A stretch of DNA of 64,000 bases, from assembly GCA_037447605.1 (NCBI GenBank), contig CM074805.1, positions 1,273,361 through 1,337,360 on the forward strand, in the 5' to 3' direction. Made by a program: the position numbers and the translations under genes. Every line of letters starts with the position of its first letter. Position 1 is the first letter of the stretch. This document shows positions 1 through 13,535 of this stretch, one piece after another. Below the pieces are notes generated by a model, which had not been told where the DNA came from, made no database searches, and saw only the letters and a list, made by a program, of their open reading frames with translations. This DNA comes from Zygnema circumcarinatum SAG 698-1b. Taxonomy: Eukaryota; Plantae; Zygnematophyceae.

Positions 1-3000
1 ATACCATCACGTTGGGCAGTCCCCATTTCGAATCCGCCGTTGTAGCCAATAGCTTCGCAAACTTCGCCTGCGCTTTCTTTACAGGAGCAAAAAATCTCGC
101 CAATGCCCATTCTTCCCTTGTGTCCGACGGGTTAAAACGGGGCAGACTTCGCTCTGTCTGAGAGTGGGAGCCCCATCGTTTAATTTGTGAAGCCCCTCTG
201 CATTCAATCCATGTTCCAACCCCCACATGTTTTCTACACAAAGTCAGTTGGCTTATAGCATCTATGAGGCAAATGACGATACATGCGAAAGTGTAAGGAT
301 TTAAACAAGCACAAGAACTAGAATAGTCGAAAAGACTTGATTTTGTGTCGACTCAAAAGTCGAAAGTTTTCCGATTGATAAGAAGGAATGCCTCACAGAA
401 GGAGTTGTCGACTGCCCAAGTCATGATTCCCCATCGTTGGTGTCCCTATCCCAGAGCCAAAAACGGCCTCCAAAAAGAGAACTGTGCATACTCCATTGAG
501 TGTCGCAATAGCTGTTGTTGTGTACATGCAAACCCACCAAAGCAGGTAGCCAAGGGATCGTAAGCTCACACAACACAGCTTAGTTAGTCTTCTATTAACT
601 CATTTTTTATGATAGACTATAAAGGAGGAGGAGAGTGCGCAAACTCTGAAAGGAAAATCAAATAGGGACATTGCAGGCAGAAATCAGCCCCATCGAGCAG
701 TCGCAATTTTCACGAGCATCAGAGGAGGATCAGCATTTCAAAAACAAAATGAAAACGAGGAGGAGGCAGAGAGAGATGGTCTCACCCGCAACAAATGCGA
801 GACAGGCCCCATATCGAGACAAGCGAAGTCGGTAGAGCATGTGTCGGACAAGCGGATTCTTCCATATTCTGTGATGGAAAATTTCCTTTAGAGGCTCAGG
901 CCCATTTATGTCATCGGAGGGAGGGCCGGGAGTGGCTCCCTTTGCTCCAAACTGCCACCTCACTCCCACCTGTGGACTGACAGGTGCCTTCTTCCTCGAC
1001 CCCTTTAGGGAGGTTGTACGGGAGTCAGAAAGGAAGGGGCGGGGGTCGGAGGCTTGGGACATTATGACCGCAGGTTTTAGCAAGAGAGTACGTTATTTTC
1101 GCTGGAAGAAGATGGGCATAGGAGCAAACATGGCTCACATTCCTGAAGGAGCTGAAAACTGCTTTGAAGGCTTTTGGTTAATAGTTACTGGTGAGTGTCA
1201 CGTGCCCTGCTTCTCATTGTGTGAAGTTTCACGATCACCGTTTTAACTCGTGTAGTTCGCTGCAGATTATGTTCTCCGTAGGAAGTGATTGGACACGAGG
1301 GAAAGAGACTTCATACAGCGCCTCACTGGGTACAGGCACGTGCCAATAAGCCAGCTCCGCTTTGTGAGGAATTTGAACGAGAAGCAGTAGAATAAAGGAG
1401 ACCGAGATGCTCTCTGCATGCACCATCAACCACCGGATATCAAAAAGTAGAGGCAAGTTAGTTTACAGCAGATTCACCAGCAGTGCATGTACTCCAGAGT
1501 GTACCCAAAGGTTGCTTCGCAGACAAATGAATTCTAGCTTCCCAGATCAATGCTTCAATTGCTTGCCACCAAGCCAATCATCACTAAAGCCTTTGTTCCA
1601 GAGAAGGCGAAAGATTGTTGATGGCATGAAGCGTGAAACACCCCTCTATAGCCAACTTGTAGGCTGCAATGGACACTCCTCTCGAACAATGTGCGATCAA
1701 GTCTTGCTAAACTGATCACCTATTCCTATATTCCATTCCTAAGTTGACGCTTTTCCACCAGCAATGACTTGGTGAAAAGTAAATCTTTACATCGGGCCGC
1801 TATGCATTCGTCTTGAAAGTAGCTAGTGATCATCAAAACAACTCTAACTAGAACTTGAAATGGCCTCACTTGCTGTCCAAAGAGAGATGAAAGCTTGTGT
1901 AGCCTTCTACAGTACATCCAAAACCCTACAAAATGTATGGGGTAATCAACCCTCTCCCCCTCTCCCCCTTCATGATTAACCAATCATGCTGATTCACAGT
2001 CAGTTCTTACACGGCCATACAGTTCTACTATTGGCAAATAGAACCCAAATGTACGGTCTCCCACAATTTACCGAAGGAGTTCACGTCCTTTATTTAGAAA
2101 CCCAAAAAGCCAACGGAGACTTGCTTGCCAGCACCAGCTGTACGAAAAACAAAGAGAGACTACAATTGCTGGGCACAAGTCAGACTTAGGAGAAAGAAGC
2201 TGGCTGGCTGGTCTCACCGCTGTAGCCCTTTCTTAGCACTAACTTCAGGCGAGAACCCCAATTAACCCTTATTTTTCGCTACACTGGTGTGACAAAAACA
2301 AATGGCTATGTTTAAGAGCCACGCAAAGAAGCACTGAGATGTTTGGAAATTTCAACGGTCATACATTGGAACTCGAGTTCATCAACAAATTATCCTCGAA
2401 AAGTCTCTGGACTCCATCGGGCTCTTTCCAAACCCCACAATCTCTCCACCCCCACCGTTTCTTCACAAGCCTAGCTAAATGATTGCTACGATAAACGACT
2501 TCACAATTCACCTTTCCACTAACTGAATGATTTGATCTAACTTTGGTAGATCGGCAGTCAGTCGAAGATTCCATCAAGAAAGCAAGAATTTTGCAGCTTT
2601 CTTGACTCTATTTTAAACAGTTGGAACATCTTCCTTGCCATTACTATAATCAGCACGCATCTCCATGCAGAATTGGTAGACCTGGAACCTGTTCTGGCCT
2701 GTGCTGGCTAGCATCAAGCAATCCATTACAAGGAAGTTATTGATGCCAAGGAAGATGTGATATCTTAACTTTATAACTAGCAAAAAACGCAGTGATGAAG
2801 CAAGTGGAAGAAAACAATGGGGAAGGAAGTGAAAGCCGCAGAGCACTGCACAGCCAGTATAACCAAAACCGGAAGCTTTGCATAACCGCACAGAAAAAGT
2901 AATAATATAGGCGACATTGACAGACACATACAATTCGACTACTTAAAAATGACCATGCAGAGCGCATTCTCCACTGATCTTCCTGTGCCACTTCGCTGGA

Positions 3001-3529
3001 TCGTTTAGAAATGACGCAAAATGCTGGGAGATCAGCAGAAGCGAGAGCATGTGCTCAAGCGGTTGGGTAGTGCATCCCAAGCAATCCTCTCTCCTCTCTT
3101 TCCCACACCCTCTGACATCACGTTTTATGCCTTCTCCCTTTCTACCTCACTTCGCCTTTCTGGCTGTTCCCCTCCATTGTTTTTCCCTGCAGTCCCTTCC
3201 CTGTTTCTAGAGAAACAAAGCTAGTGAAAGCTCCAGCATTAGATGATGACGAGCTCCGTGGCCCATCGACTACCTGAACAGCCATCTGCACGTTATACAA
3301 GCATATCCGCAACTCGTCAACGCTAACGCAACCTTCTCGTTATGCAATCCCTTCCGCTCAGACTATGCCGTCTGGCGCTAGTTCATCACCCCGCGCTGTT
3401 GCCTCTGAAATCCAGGACACTGAAACCTAATAGGATCAGAATCCAGTGCCTTCACCCGTCCGCGTAAGTCTCGCTGGAGGAGCAGACGATGCCAGAAGCT
3501 CGCTCTCACCTTTTCATATTCTCCCAGAT
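1..3529 (-). CDS. Putative multi-exon gene of unknown product, running off the left edge
   Basis: Several AG/GT-bounded open segments on the minus strand: VTIWENMKR near 3504-3529, LIGFSPEVSAKKGLQR near 2215-2265, AELAYWHVPVPSEALYEVSFPRVQSLPTENIICSELHELKR near 1241-1360, KFSITEYGRIRLSDTC... near 786-885, and an ORF open to position 1 (...EEWALARFFAPVKKAQAKFAKLL...). I could not join all of them in phase or name a family. Confidence 0.3.
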
Positions 3530-3699
3530 CGTGACCTGAAGCGAGATCAAGCAGCCTGCTCCCTGCCTCGCATGCTCTGCTCCCTCTCCCTTCTCCTCTC
3601 GCCCCCTCGCCTCTCTCCCGCAATCCCCTCCCACTGCAATGGCCTCCACTTCCTCCCTTTCCCTCTCCACTCCTCTTCCACTCCCTCTCCTCCCCCCAC

Positions 3700-4040
3700 T
3701 CATGAGTGACCGCCCGGAGCTACGGACATGACCGACGGTCCCCATCGTAGGGCAGGCACTGGGCCGTACACCTGTACGGCCCATCTGGACTGTAGCGCGC
3801 GCCCGTGCGGGGAATTGGGGGCTCGGCGCCAGACAGTGACTGACTGACTGACTGACCGTACGATCTCGTACATATCGTACGCTATGAGTACGGCGCCCTG
3901 AAGCCGGAGGGACCCGCACGGCCGAGCAATTGGGTTGGGGGCACGTGCCCCCTCCCCCCCGACCCCTGCCCCGGGGCACGTGACCCCCCTGTCCCCCGAG
4001 GAGGGGGGTCATGCCCCTTTTTCGTGCCCCGTGACGTGAC
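3700..4040. promoter_or_regulatory. GC-rich CCGTAC/GGGCAC motif island upstream of the minus-strand gene
   Basis: Dense GTACGG/CCGTAC, GGGGCACGTG and GTGCCCC motifs next to the presumed 5' end of the gene. The same motifs recur at the other promoters. Confidence 0.45.
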
Positions 4041-4994
4041 TACATTAGGTAATTCTAACTCTTACCTCTCCCAACTCCGGCCCCTCTTCTCTCTTGTCTG
4101 CCTTCCGCCTCTCACCCTAATTTGCCCCCAGCTTTACCCGATGTGATTGTAATTTCTTTGTACTTCAACATAAATTGCACATTCTATTTTCTAAATGTGC
4201 AAAGAATGCACAAACCCCAAAACCATCAAAGAAATGATGGAAAGATTCGAACCAGAATAACATTCAGTTAAATTGACCAAGGACTTTCCATTTCTGCCTT
4301 CAGAAAACAAAACTCATTGCGGAAATCGATCTTCCACTTTCGCCCCCCCCCCAAGATCCCCCCATTACTGACAGAAACACCGCCAATGCTACGACGACAT
4401 GTGGCAACCCCAGCTGCTACTGCTACTGCTGCTGCTACTGCTGCTGCTACTGATGTTGTTGTTGCTACAGCAAACCCAAAATCTTAAAGTTCTTTCAAAC
4501 TCTGGAAGCAAAACAACAGAAAAAACCACGACGAACCAACCGGTTTCTACAAGTAATCTGATGCTCTAAAACATGCTTCCGTATCCCACTGCTTTCGACT
4601 AGGACTAATGAAAGAAGGAGATATGATGCGGCAGTCCTTCCAATGGTTGGCGATGGATACCGAACCAAACGCTGCTCCGCCCGCACTGGGCAAGCGTCAC
4701 GTGACAGGGGACCCGGGGGGGCCACGAAAGGTATGTGAGAAAAAGCGTGGGCATGAGCGGTCGCCGATTGGCGTTCTATGTGCCTCCGACAGAAGATGGC
4801 CGTCCGACCGTCCGATGGGCCGCCTTGTACGGCGCGTCGACGGCCCGATCGTAGGGCCCTCACCGCCGCCTTGGGGTACACGTGGCGCGACTCCCCCCCT
4901 CCCCCCTGAGGGCGACCTTCAAACGCTGAGGGCCAGAGCCGCGGAGGGAGCCCTTCCATGCCCAGCCATGCCACATGATGGTATGGCGCAATGG

Positions 4995-5055
4995 GACGTG
5001 ACGTGACATGACATGACATGACGTGACATGACGTGACATGACGTGACGTGACGTG
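4995..5055. repeat. (GACGT/GACAT)12 pentamer tandem repeat
   Basis: Read directly: gacgtgacgtgacatgacatgacatgacgtgacatgacgtgacatgacgtgacgtgacgtg. Confidence 0.95.
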
Positions 5056-5662
5056 GGGTTCGTCATGCCCGAGACTTGAGTCGTATCGCGCGTGCAATGC
5101 ACTGACAAGTTTTGTTGGAAGGTATGCCGATGCATGCGTGCATGCATGGGATGTGAGATGGGCAGGTTTCGGAAAAGCCAGCCGCTTGACTATCTATCGG
5201 CTGTATTCTTGCACGCGCAGAATAAACTTTTTCGTTGGCCGTACGGCAAGGCAGGGCTGTGGGTGGAAAGGGCGGTGAGGAAAGGTGTTTCGTGGTGTGG
5301 ACTTAAACAAGAAAGACTCGCGTCAAAAGACTACAGCGAGGGAAAAAGTTACGTCCTCCTCATGCTGCCTCTGTGCAGTGGCCTTTCCCATCTTCAATGC
5401 CATTTCACTTTCACTACAAATCGCAAAGGTAAAAAGTAAAATTGGGGGGGCAGGGGACCTAGGGCTTCAGTACGGCCGTGCTCCACTGATGGTTCAGTTC
5501 AGTTCAGTTCCTTTCAGCTCAGTTCAGTCCAGTTCCGTATCCAATGGCTGCTCAGTATCTCGGTAGCAAACGTGGCCAGTTGCCATTGGCCCACGGTAGG
5601 TATATAAATACCATACATACATACATACATGCGAATCCCCCTCACATACATACATAAAGGAT

Positions 5663-5741
5663 GTGGCATTGATCTCACGATGGCGATGATGCCATCAAAT
5701 GGACATAGACAAAATCAGCATGGGGAACCACGAGGAACTGG
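5663..5741 (+). repeat. Dispersed hairpin-bearing element, copy A
   Basis: GTGGCATTGATCTCACGATGGCGATGATGCCATC...GGAACTGG is a near-exact reverse complement of 50363-50441. Partial copies lie at 33948-33978 and 50053-50084. Confidence 0.85.
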
Positions 5742-5939
5742 CCGCAAACGACCCAAAGATAACCGAAACAACGGTGCAGCAAGTTGGCAGCCGCCCGCCC
5801 GCCCGCCCGCCCGCCCCGGCTGCTCACCGCCCCGGCCGGTCAACCAGAGCCGCGGACCCTTTGACCGGGCCACATCCATCCCACGCGGTTTTAGCGACCC
5901 CAGAGCCAATGGAACCCCACCACGTGGCACACGAGTGGC

Positions 5940-6890
5940 CTTCCACGTACGGTCCGCTGTGCATCTAAACACCATAGATCGCAGTGCCAGCACGAAGGCA
6001 GTACGGACAGCCACGATTTCTCGCCGATTGTCCGTACAGGGCCTGGTGCGGGCGGACGGCACAGCGCGCCGCGCCAGAGCGCTCGGAGTAGGGTTGCGGG
6101 CATGAGGGCATGAGGGCATGGGGGCACGGCCATGCCCGCGCGGGAGGGGGGGGGGGGCGGGCATGCCCCCATTTTCGACCGTCCGTGCCCGGGGCACGCC
6201 TCGTCCGAGGACGCCCATTCGTAAAACTCCACTTCTATGCTCCCGTCCTCCCACATTCGCTGTTCAACGCCTGACTGGGCACATGTGGCCAGCCGCACTT
6301 CGGGCTCCGGATTTGGGAGTTAGTGCCGGTGCCCTTTGGTGAGCAGCCTAAGTACGGCATGTACGGATATGCGTACGGCGAGCGTCCCTTCCGTACGGTC
6401 TCGTAACCCTACAAGTCCGTAGGAGATACCCCGTACGGCGGATGACTGGACGGCTCGTTCGCTCGTGTGGAAGGGCGGGCGGCTGGAGGGGACCCGGAGG
6501 GGAGGGAGGCGGCTGGCGAGGACTGGGGGCACGGGGGCACGGGGGCACGGGCATGCCCGGGGCACGCGACCAGCCGTGCCCGGGGCACGGAAAATCCGTG
6601 CCCCTCGACCATGCCGCCTACGTCAGCGTACCACGTCACTCCCAAGGCCGGAACGGGGTCGTCTGACATGGAACTCACATGTGGAGGCACACAGTCCGTA
6701 CTGTTCGTACCATTCACACTTGCCGTACTGTTGTTCGTACTTTGCACATGTCTCTCCGTACTGTAATTGGCCTGATTTTAACTGTTCTTCGTGGTCACGT
6801 CAAGGGCACGAGAAGGGGCACGTGCCCCGGGCATGCCCGGCGTGCCCCGGGTCACGAATGGGGCCGGGACCGTCCGTGCCCCCACCCCTG
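5940..6890. promoter_or_regulatory. CCGTACGG / GTGCCCGGGGCAC palindrome-rich island upstream of ADPRM
   Basis: Many CCGTACGG/CGTACGG and GGGCAC/GTGCCC motifs, including the near-palindrome CCGTGCCCGGGGCACGG. Confidence 0.5.
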
Positions 6891-7149
6891 CTGCTGCTTT
6901 TACTGCGGAGGCTTGGCTGGCTGCAAACAAGTATCTGGCAGGATATGGATATGGCGCGGCCGCGGGAGGCAGCGGAGCTGCACGTCTGGATCGCTTTGCC
7001 GCCCTCTGTATTCCCTGTCTCGCGCTCCCTTGCTGTCTCGCGCTCGCTGCACTGCTGCAGCTCATCCGGACCTGTAGGGGCGCTGCGCGCGGAACAGGAG
7101 GAAAGCAGGCATCATGAACTGCTACAGCTTTGTGCTCCAAACGAGGATT

Positions 7150-10100
7150 ATGACTTCTGACGCCTCAATAGGGAGCAGTTTTCTGCACAACACTCTGTCG
7201 TTAACAGGAAAAGCCGACAGTTGTGCCTCGGCTGAGGAAATCGGGGCAAATGCCGGGCAGATGCCGGAGGAGAACAGTACACGCAGGGAGGCGAAGTTTC
7301 AAACTGCATTGCCTCTACAAGTAATGCCAGCTGCCGAACGCAAGAGACCTCTCTTCTCCTTTGGAGTCATCACAGACGTGCAGTGAGTTTAGCTGACGCC
7401 TCCCTCAGACCATCTCAGTCAGTTATCCATAATATGCTTCGTTTGTTTGAGACCCCAAAGACTTTGCCTGTCTCATTTCACTTCAAATTTGTCTGATTTT
7501 TTGCTACGGAAGCGAAATTCAGGAGGGAAACGCTTCATTTCTTACTTGAAGCAAGCAATTGTGTTGAACGGCTTGATATTTGGAGTAACAGTGCTCAGTG
7601 ACGCTTGAAATTTTCGACTGTAGGCGTTTTATGTCATAGACCCATGTCGAGTTTGCCACTTGGAGGCAACTGTGCACAATTGACTCAAAGAAAATGTTTG
7701 GTCTGCTTTTATCGAGCGCATTAGCCATTGTAGAAGCAGCAAGCATTCTTATGCTAGAAAAGTGTGTCCGTGCTTTGTAACATAAGCCAGTTAAGGAAGA
7801 CGTTGTTCTACAGCTTTGTGCTCGTAGCAGTACTATTTCTCACGGAAACAAAACGGGGACCTTTCCCCACTTTTTCTTTTTTCAGTATCTGAAAAGATAG
7901 TAGTGCTTCTATGTTAATGGTATTCAAGTCCGTTTACATGCACATTTTTTTTTAGCCCATTTACGATTTACTTTTTGCATTGTGTAGGGCCGCTTTTCAG
8001 AAAGTTTGATAGGCTGAATTTGAACACACTTTTAACTGATAAATGCTTCACGCATTGGAAGGACAGCAGAAGAAGTTGGGACAAAAATAGCTTCGAGGCA
8101 ATATTCCATTACTCGCGTCCGATGAATTAGAACTTGACAATTATTCCTGGTACAAAATGTTTATACCAACAATTTTACATCCTTTTCCACTCGCTGCAAG
8201 GTGAATGCGGCCTTAGAATGGCTGTGCACGTCTTGATTTGCCCCAGGCTTTGCTTTTCCTTTCTTCGAGTGGGTCTCCATAATCCAGAATTTTGCTTATT
8301 CATTTTAAGTATGTTATGGCATTGGGCACGTATGGCCGAAGGATGAAATTTCTGGGCAACCTCGGACAGTGTACTGTTCTTTTTGGCTGTTTCGCTAAGA
8401 TCTCAGGTCTGTTATGACATGCAGGTATGCAGATATCGATGACGGCTATTCTTTTTCGGGTGTTCCAAGATATTACCGCCATAGCATGCAAGGTAAATTA
8501 GAGCGCTGAACTTTTCCAATCTCGGCGGTTCAAACACCTATATCGGGAAGTGAAACGTCGACTATTTTTCCTGTATCAATTTTCCTATCTTTGCTCAATT
8601 GGCTCCTCAGTTTGATTTCGCTTTTCTGCCACTTGGAGCTTCTCTTGAACGTCTTGACCTAACAGTGTCTTTATGATTTCAATGTTGCTGGTCGCTAAGC
8701 TTGTTTAAATCTGTATGTTAGCAAGCTCTTGGTGTGTGAAAGTGTGAAGCTTTACAGGAAACACCCTGAGTATATCATGAGGTATAGCACACAATACATA
8801 AGAAAAGATTAGATTACAACTGTTAAAATTGTGGAAAAGATGCGTTTTTGTCGTTCATCGTCACTATTGAATAGCGACACACTTATTTGATCCCTGTCCA
8901 GATCAGTCTGCTGACTGTTTCTTTTCTGAAAAGTGACATATAGCCTTGAAAGGTTGTTTTTGACCGAACAGCACATGTGCATTTGGCAGTGCTGCGCAGG
9001 GCCATAGATTCCTGGAACACTGTCGCAGAGCTTTCCTTTGCTATCCATTTTGGGGACATTGTAGACGGGTTCTGCCCGAAGGACCAATCACGGAGTGCTG
9101 TCAAGCGTGTGAGTGCCTTCTCAGCCATCATAAGCAGTGTTAGTTTTTGCTTTTTGCGTACTATCTGGAGGTCGTCCGTGGGCCGAGCTGGGAGCAGACA
9201 ATTGATGTTTCTTGATATTTCAATGGTTATAATTCGATGGGTTCCTGGTTTTCCCCTGCATGGATGTTTAACTAGACAATTGCTTCTTTTATGCAAGCTT
9301 GCAGCGGGTAGCTAGCAATCTACCCCTCCTTACCCTTACCGAAAATTCAGATTTTGACAGTTGAAATGGGATTGATGTTCTTGCATCGAGCATGTTGTGA
9401 TGGCAGGTGATTTCTGAATTTCGGAGGCTTAAGAAAGGACCCGTATACCACATGCTAGGTCAGGAAAACCTTTCGTGAAGGAGACCACCCTTTTTACTAA
9501 AATGACTCGTGGTTGCTGTCCAATGTCTCGGTTCCGTCTTCTTTCTTTTCTTACTGCCTTTAGTTTAGTGCCCAGTCTCTTCGGCTTCCCTCATTTTCAC
9601 CATACCACTCTACTACAACTTAATCGTCATTGTGATCTTCGTCTTGGAGAGTTTTGAGGCAGGAGTTTAGGAAACGAGGACTAACTAACAAACGTGAAAG
9701 GGATTTGTTATGGTATTCAGGGAACCATTGCCTTTATAATTTGCAGCGACAAGAGCTGAATGAACTTCTGGACATTCCTTCGAGTTCTGACCAACGATCC
9801 TTTTACGATTTTTCCCCACATAAGGGCTTTAGGTGAGAAATGCTCCATAACTTCCCAATCTTTATGGATGAACACAATTGGTCGTCTTACTCTAGGAATT
9901 TGTGAAAGTTTTGTCGATATAGATAGAGCAAAGTTGTCTGTACGGTAGGAAAAGAAAATAGATTTTTATGTATTTCCATACGGGAATAGAACGGATGGGG
10001 AATTGAAGTGCCCGGCGTAGATACGCAGGAAAACAGTGGCATAACATTTTTTTTCTTATGCTGGACTACTTACTAGAAGAAACAGTACTAATACTTGTTG

Positions 10101-11773
10101 CATATTGCTTTATTGATAGTGGACTTCTGGCGGAAATAGACATTTATATACCTATAAATCTCCCTATATATTTTGCTATCCCTGTGCATCTGGTCTATAG
10201 TCGGCCTATAACTCACTTGAACGGCTCCACTCTTTGCAGCCACGAGGGAGGGGGGTCTGAAACTCATGGAAGATGAAAGAGGACATGGGGCTGCAGATTC
10301 ATAGTTTTGGATGGTTATGACGTGAGCGTTTTAGGGTGGCCCGCGGAACATCCACACACGAAGGAAGCAGAAGAAATTTTGAGAACCAGAAATCCAAATG
10401 AAGACAAAAATAGTCCTGAAAATTTGGAGGGCGTTGAAAGGTGAGGTGGATTGTAGAGCAGGTGTGTGGTTTTCCAAGACAATTTCCGGTTATCGAGGTA
10501 GTCAGCAGGTCAAATGGCTCATTGTTTCACTTATATCAACTATGGGGATTTTTTAAGTTTGCTTTGTTTGCATTGTTGCAATCAAGTGGGAGCATTTCGG
10601 TTGATGGGACCTGCTGCTAAGTTACTAACCACAAGGGTGGCTTGGTTTGTTTGATCATGTCTTCAGGAGATTCGTGAAGTTTGGTGGAGGTGTGGGAAAG
10701 GAGCAGCTGAGATGGTTGGATGGTGTTCTGCAAGTGAGAGCTTAGCCCTGAAGGGAACTGCCCCATTTTTTGCGTGATTTTTTTTTTTGTGGCAAGTACT
10801 TGGTGGCTTCGCGATCTTATTTTTAGCTCCTTCATACGCTTCTCAGATATGGTCATCCACAAGTCTTCCTAGACGTTTTTTCGCTCCTATTGCCATTCAG
10901 GTTTTGGAAGAATATTTCTACTGTGGCCTACGCAGGAGTCGCTATTTATACTTAACGTTAATTTAGCCAATATGTTAACCACCGTGTCGAAAGTAGATTC
11001 TGGTTTATCGCCTATGCAGGTACAGTTTTCTCGAGTTCATGGTCACTTAAGATGACTTTTCAGATGCCGGCAGATCTGATGCAGCTTTGAAGCAAACTTG
11101 AGGTACTTCAAGCGAGGCTGACAAACTGCACAGACATATGATTGAGAAAATATTAACCGTGTTTCCTCATTTGATGGCTGAACTTGTGTGGTGCAGAAAG
11201 CAGAATCGAATAAGGAGAAGGCTATCATTTGCTGCCATGTGCCGTTCGATCCTGTTGCAGTGACCTTTGCGCCGTGCCTGTTGTGGAATTACCCCGAGGT
11301 ATGTGTACGCGTTCATAGCTTGTAATATGGGGCACCTTCAAGATGTTGCATTACTCAATGCAGGATGCTCAACAGCCCCATGTGGCTCGCTCATTTTATT
11401 TTCGGTTGCAGGTGATGGAAGTGATTCACAAATACAGCTGTGTTGCCGCATGTTTTGCCGGCCATGCACATTTGGGCGGCTACCACTTGGACGTGAAAAA
11501 AATCCATCACAGAGTCTTGGAAGCGGTGAGGAGCCTTCACCTTCAGTGAAGGCTTTGTAGGACCTTCTGAGGTTGAATGCCTTCATTGTCTCTTGCGTAT
11601 ATGACACGTACGCCGATCACTTCATCTTACGTGGTTATCTGTTTGTTGGTGTTCAGGTTCTCGAGTGCCCTCCTGGGACAAATGCTTTTGGTTGTGTCGA
11701 AGTATATGAAGACCATATGATGCTTATTGGGACGGATAGAATGCAAAGTAATGAAATGCGTTTTTATGATTAG
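7150..11773 (+). CDS. ADPRM: Mn-dependent ADP-ribose/CDP-alcohol diphosphatase (calcineurin-like metallophosphoesterase), 10 exons
   Basis: Exons 7150-7382, 8425-8492, 8990-9108, 9407-9458, 9721-9832, 10297-10440, 10667-10733, 11197-11298, 11412-11525, 11657-11773, all GT-AG and phase-consistent. Motifs: FSFGVITDVQYADIDDG, HFGDIVDG, YHMLGNHCLYN, FIVLDGYD, CCHVP, FAGHAH, VLECPPG. Confidence 0.95.
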
Positions 11774-12469
11774 AAAGTTGACGTTTTTTGGCATCTCCTT
11801 CTTGCACCTGGGTGAAGACTAGAGCTGAAATAAGGAGACGCATATAAATAATGCATGACCACCGCGTTACTTGCAGTTGTGCTTGAAGCTGATCTAGTTT
11901 CGCAGCACTTCAGCTCTCTCCACTGCGTTGTTTTCGACTCAAGAAAAGTGCCTGACGTCGACCTTTTTGGCGTCAGACGTAGTCTTTCCGTGTGGGTTTT
12001 GCGTATTTTAGATGAAATGATTGGATGTTTACATAATTAGATTCCAAGGTGATGCAGCAGCCTGTTAAATGTTACTGAACAAGTTTCAGTTGTAGAACGG
12101 GGATCAAGTCGGCCGATAGTGCCTTATGTGAATAAAAGGACATAACTTTTTACTTTTTCAAAATCCAAAAAAGCAGTTGGAATTTATGTTTTCGTTGGTG
12201 CTTACTTAGTACGCTTCCTCCACCTGGGGCACACGTGCACCGAGGACAACTATAAACCATCATGTTGGTCATAAATGCACTCCATACATATGGACACAAC
12301 AAGCTACTTCTCTCTCTATTTTGTCAGTCCTTAAAAATTCTCACTAATGATGTGATACAAACAACACTTTTCAGCGTCGTCCACTCACTCACAACCAACT
12401 TCTGATATTTTGACATCTCTAAATTGCTCAGCCTCAAGTCCTCAGAAGTGCAATGTCTATTGATAACTA

Positions 12470-13535
12470 GCAAGCTTTGCAAAAATGCTGGTTGAGGCCT
12501 GCATAGCTCATGTTTCTCTTCTATTTGCAACAAAAAACACAAGAATAAACTCCTTCGCCTGCTTGATTCCATTGACTATTTGCAGAAAATTTTGTATATT
12601 TTCCAACGTGTCCGTGAAAAACAGCACCATGCAAGTGCTGCGAAACAACTTCCTTTTCTCCCTTTAGGCCCAACAAATTTAGAGGCGATTTTGAAGGCCT
12701 TAAAAAGGGCTGCGACCTCCACTGGACGATCACCTCATAGTGAGAGCGGTGGGTGACTCTCTTTTTCCTTGTTTTGGAAAGATATCTTGAAAGTTCTAAA
12801 TTGCCCAGAAATTCTCAATTCTCGAAACTGCCCTTGTTATTGACCTGCCACTTCGAAAAAAAAAACACTGCCATGTTAGCTTTCATTAATATTCATCTTT
12901 TAAGAGAAAAAAATTACAAAAAAAATCAAAATCATCCAATTGACAAAATCTGCCAATTTTTTTTCCCTTAAAATATACATATAACCTTTTTTTTTCTCCT
13001 TTACCTTGACCGAGGAAAAAAATGGCTCTGTATATCTCAATAGCCCTCCTATCACCTCATTCATAAAAAACCCTTTCAGATTCCTCATATCTTGACTCAT
13101 TCCTCTAGAGCCAAGTAGTAATCGAAATGGCTAATCAAATATAAGGGCAATTGTAAGAATTTAAAATTTCCAAGCAATTTAGAACTTCCAAAATATTTCC
13201 CAAAACGAGGAAAAAAAGAAGAACCACCCACCGTTCTCCAAGAGGTGATTATCGTGATTATTCACTTAAGCCGCCTCTAAACTCGTTAAACCCAAATGAA
13301 GAAAAGGAATATTTCGCAGCAACATAATGCTACTCTTCACAAACACGCCAAAACATATACAATTTTTTTCGCAAATAATCAATGGAAACAAGCGAGAAAA
13401 GCTTATTCCTCTTTTTCTTTCTTATTTATTTCTTATTTCAGTTTTTTGCTGCAAACCTCACATCCCATATATAAAAAAAAAAACATGGGTTAAACAAACC
13501 CCAACCAACATTTCTGCAAAACCTACTACTACTAA
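12470..13535. mobile_element. Foldback / long-TIR non-autonomous element (arms about 12470-12860 and 13120-13535)
   Basis: The reverse complement of 13120-13535 aligns by eye with 12470-12860 (e.g. gaaagttctaaattgc/gcaatttagaacttcc, tccattgactatttgc/gcaaataatcaatgga, tttagaggcg/cgcctctaaa). Differences are mostly transitions. The spacer is about 260 bp and AT-rich. No TSD identified. Confidence 0.75.

Noticed and set aside
1-3300. LINE/retrotransposon at the left edge
   Set aside because: No RT (YADD), endonuclease or integrase motifs were found. The pattern is short spliced exons.
12586-12748. Apparent plus-strand exon KILYIFQRVREKQ...
   Set aside because: It lies within the left arm of the foldback element, and its mirror copy is not coding.
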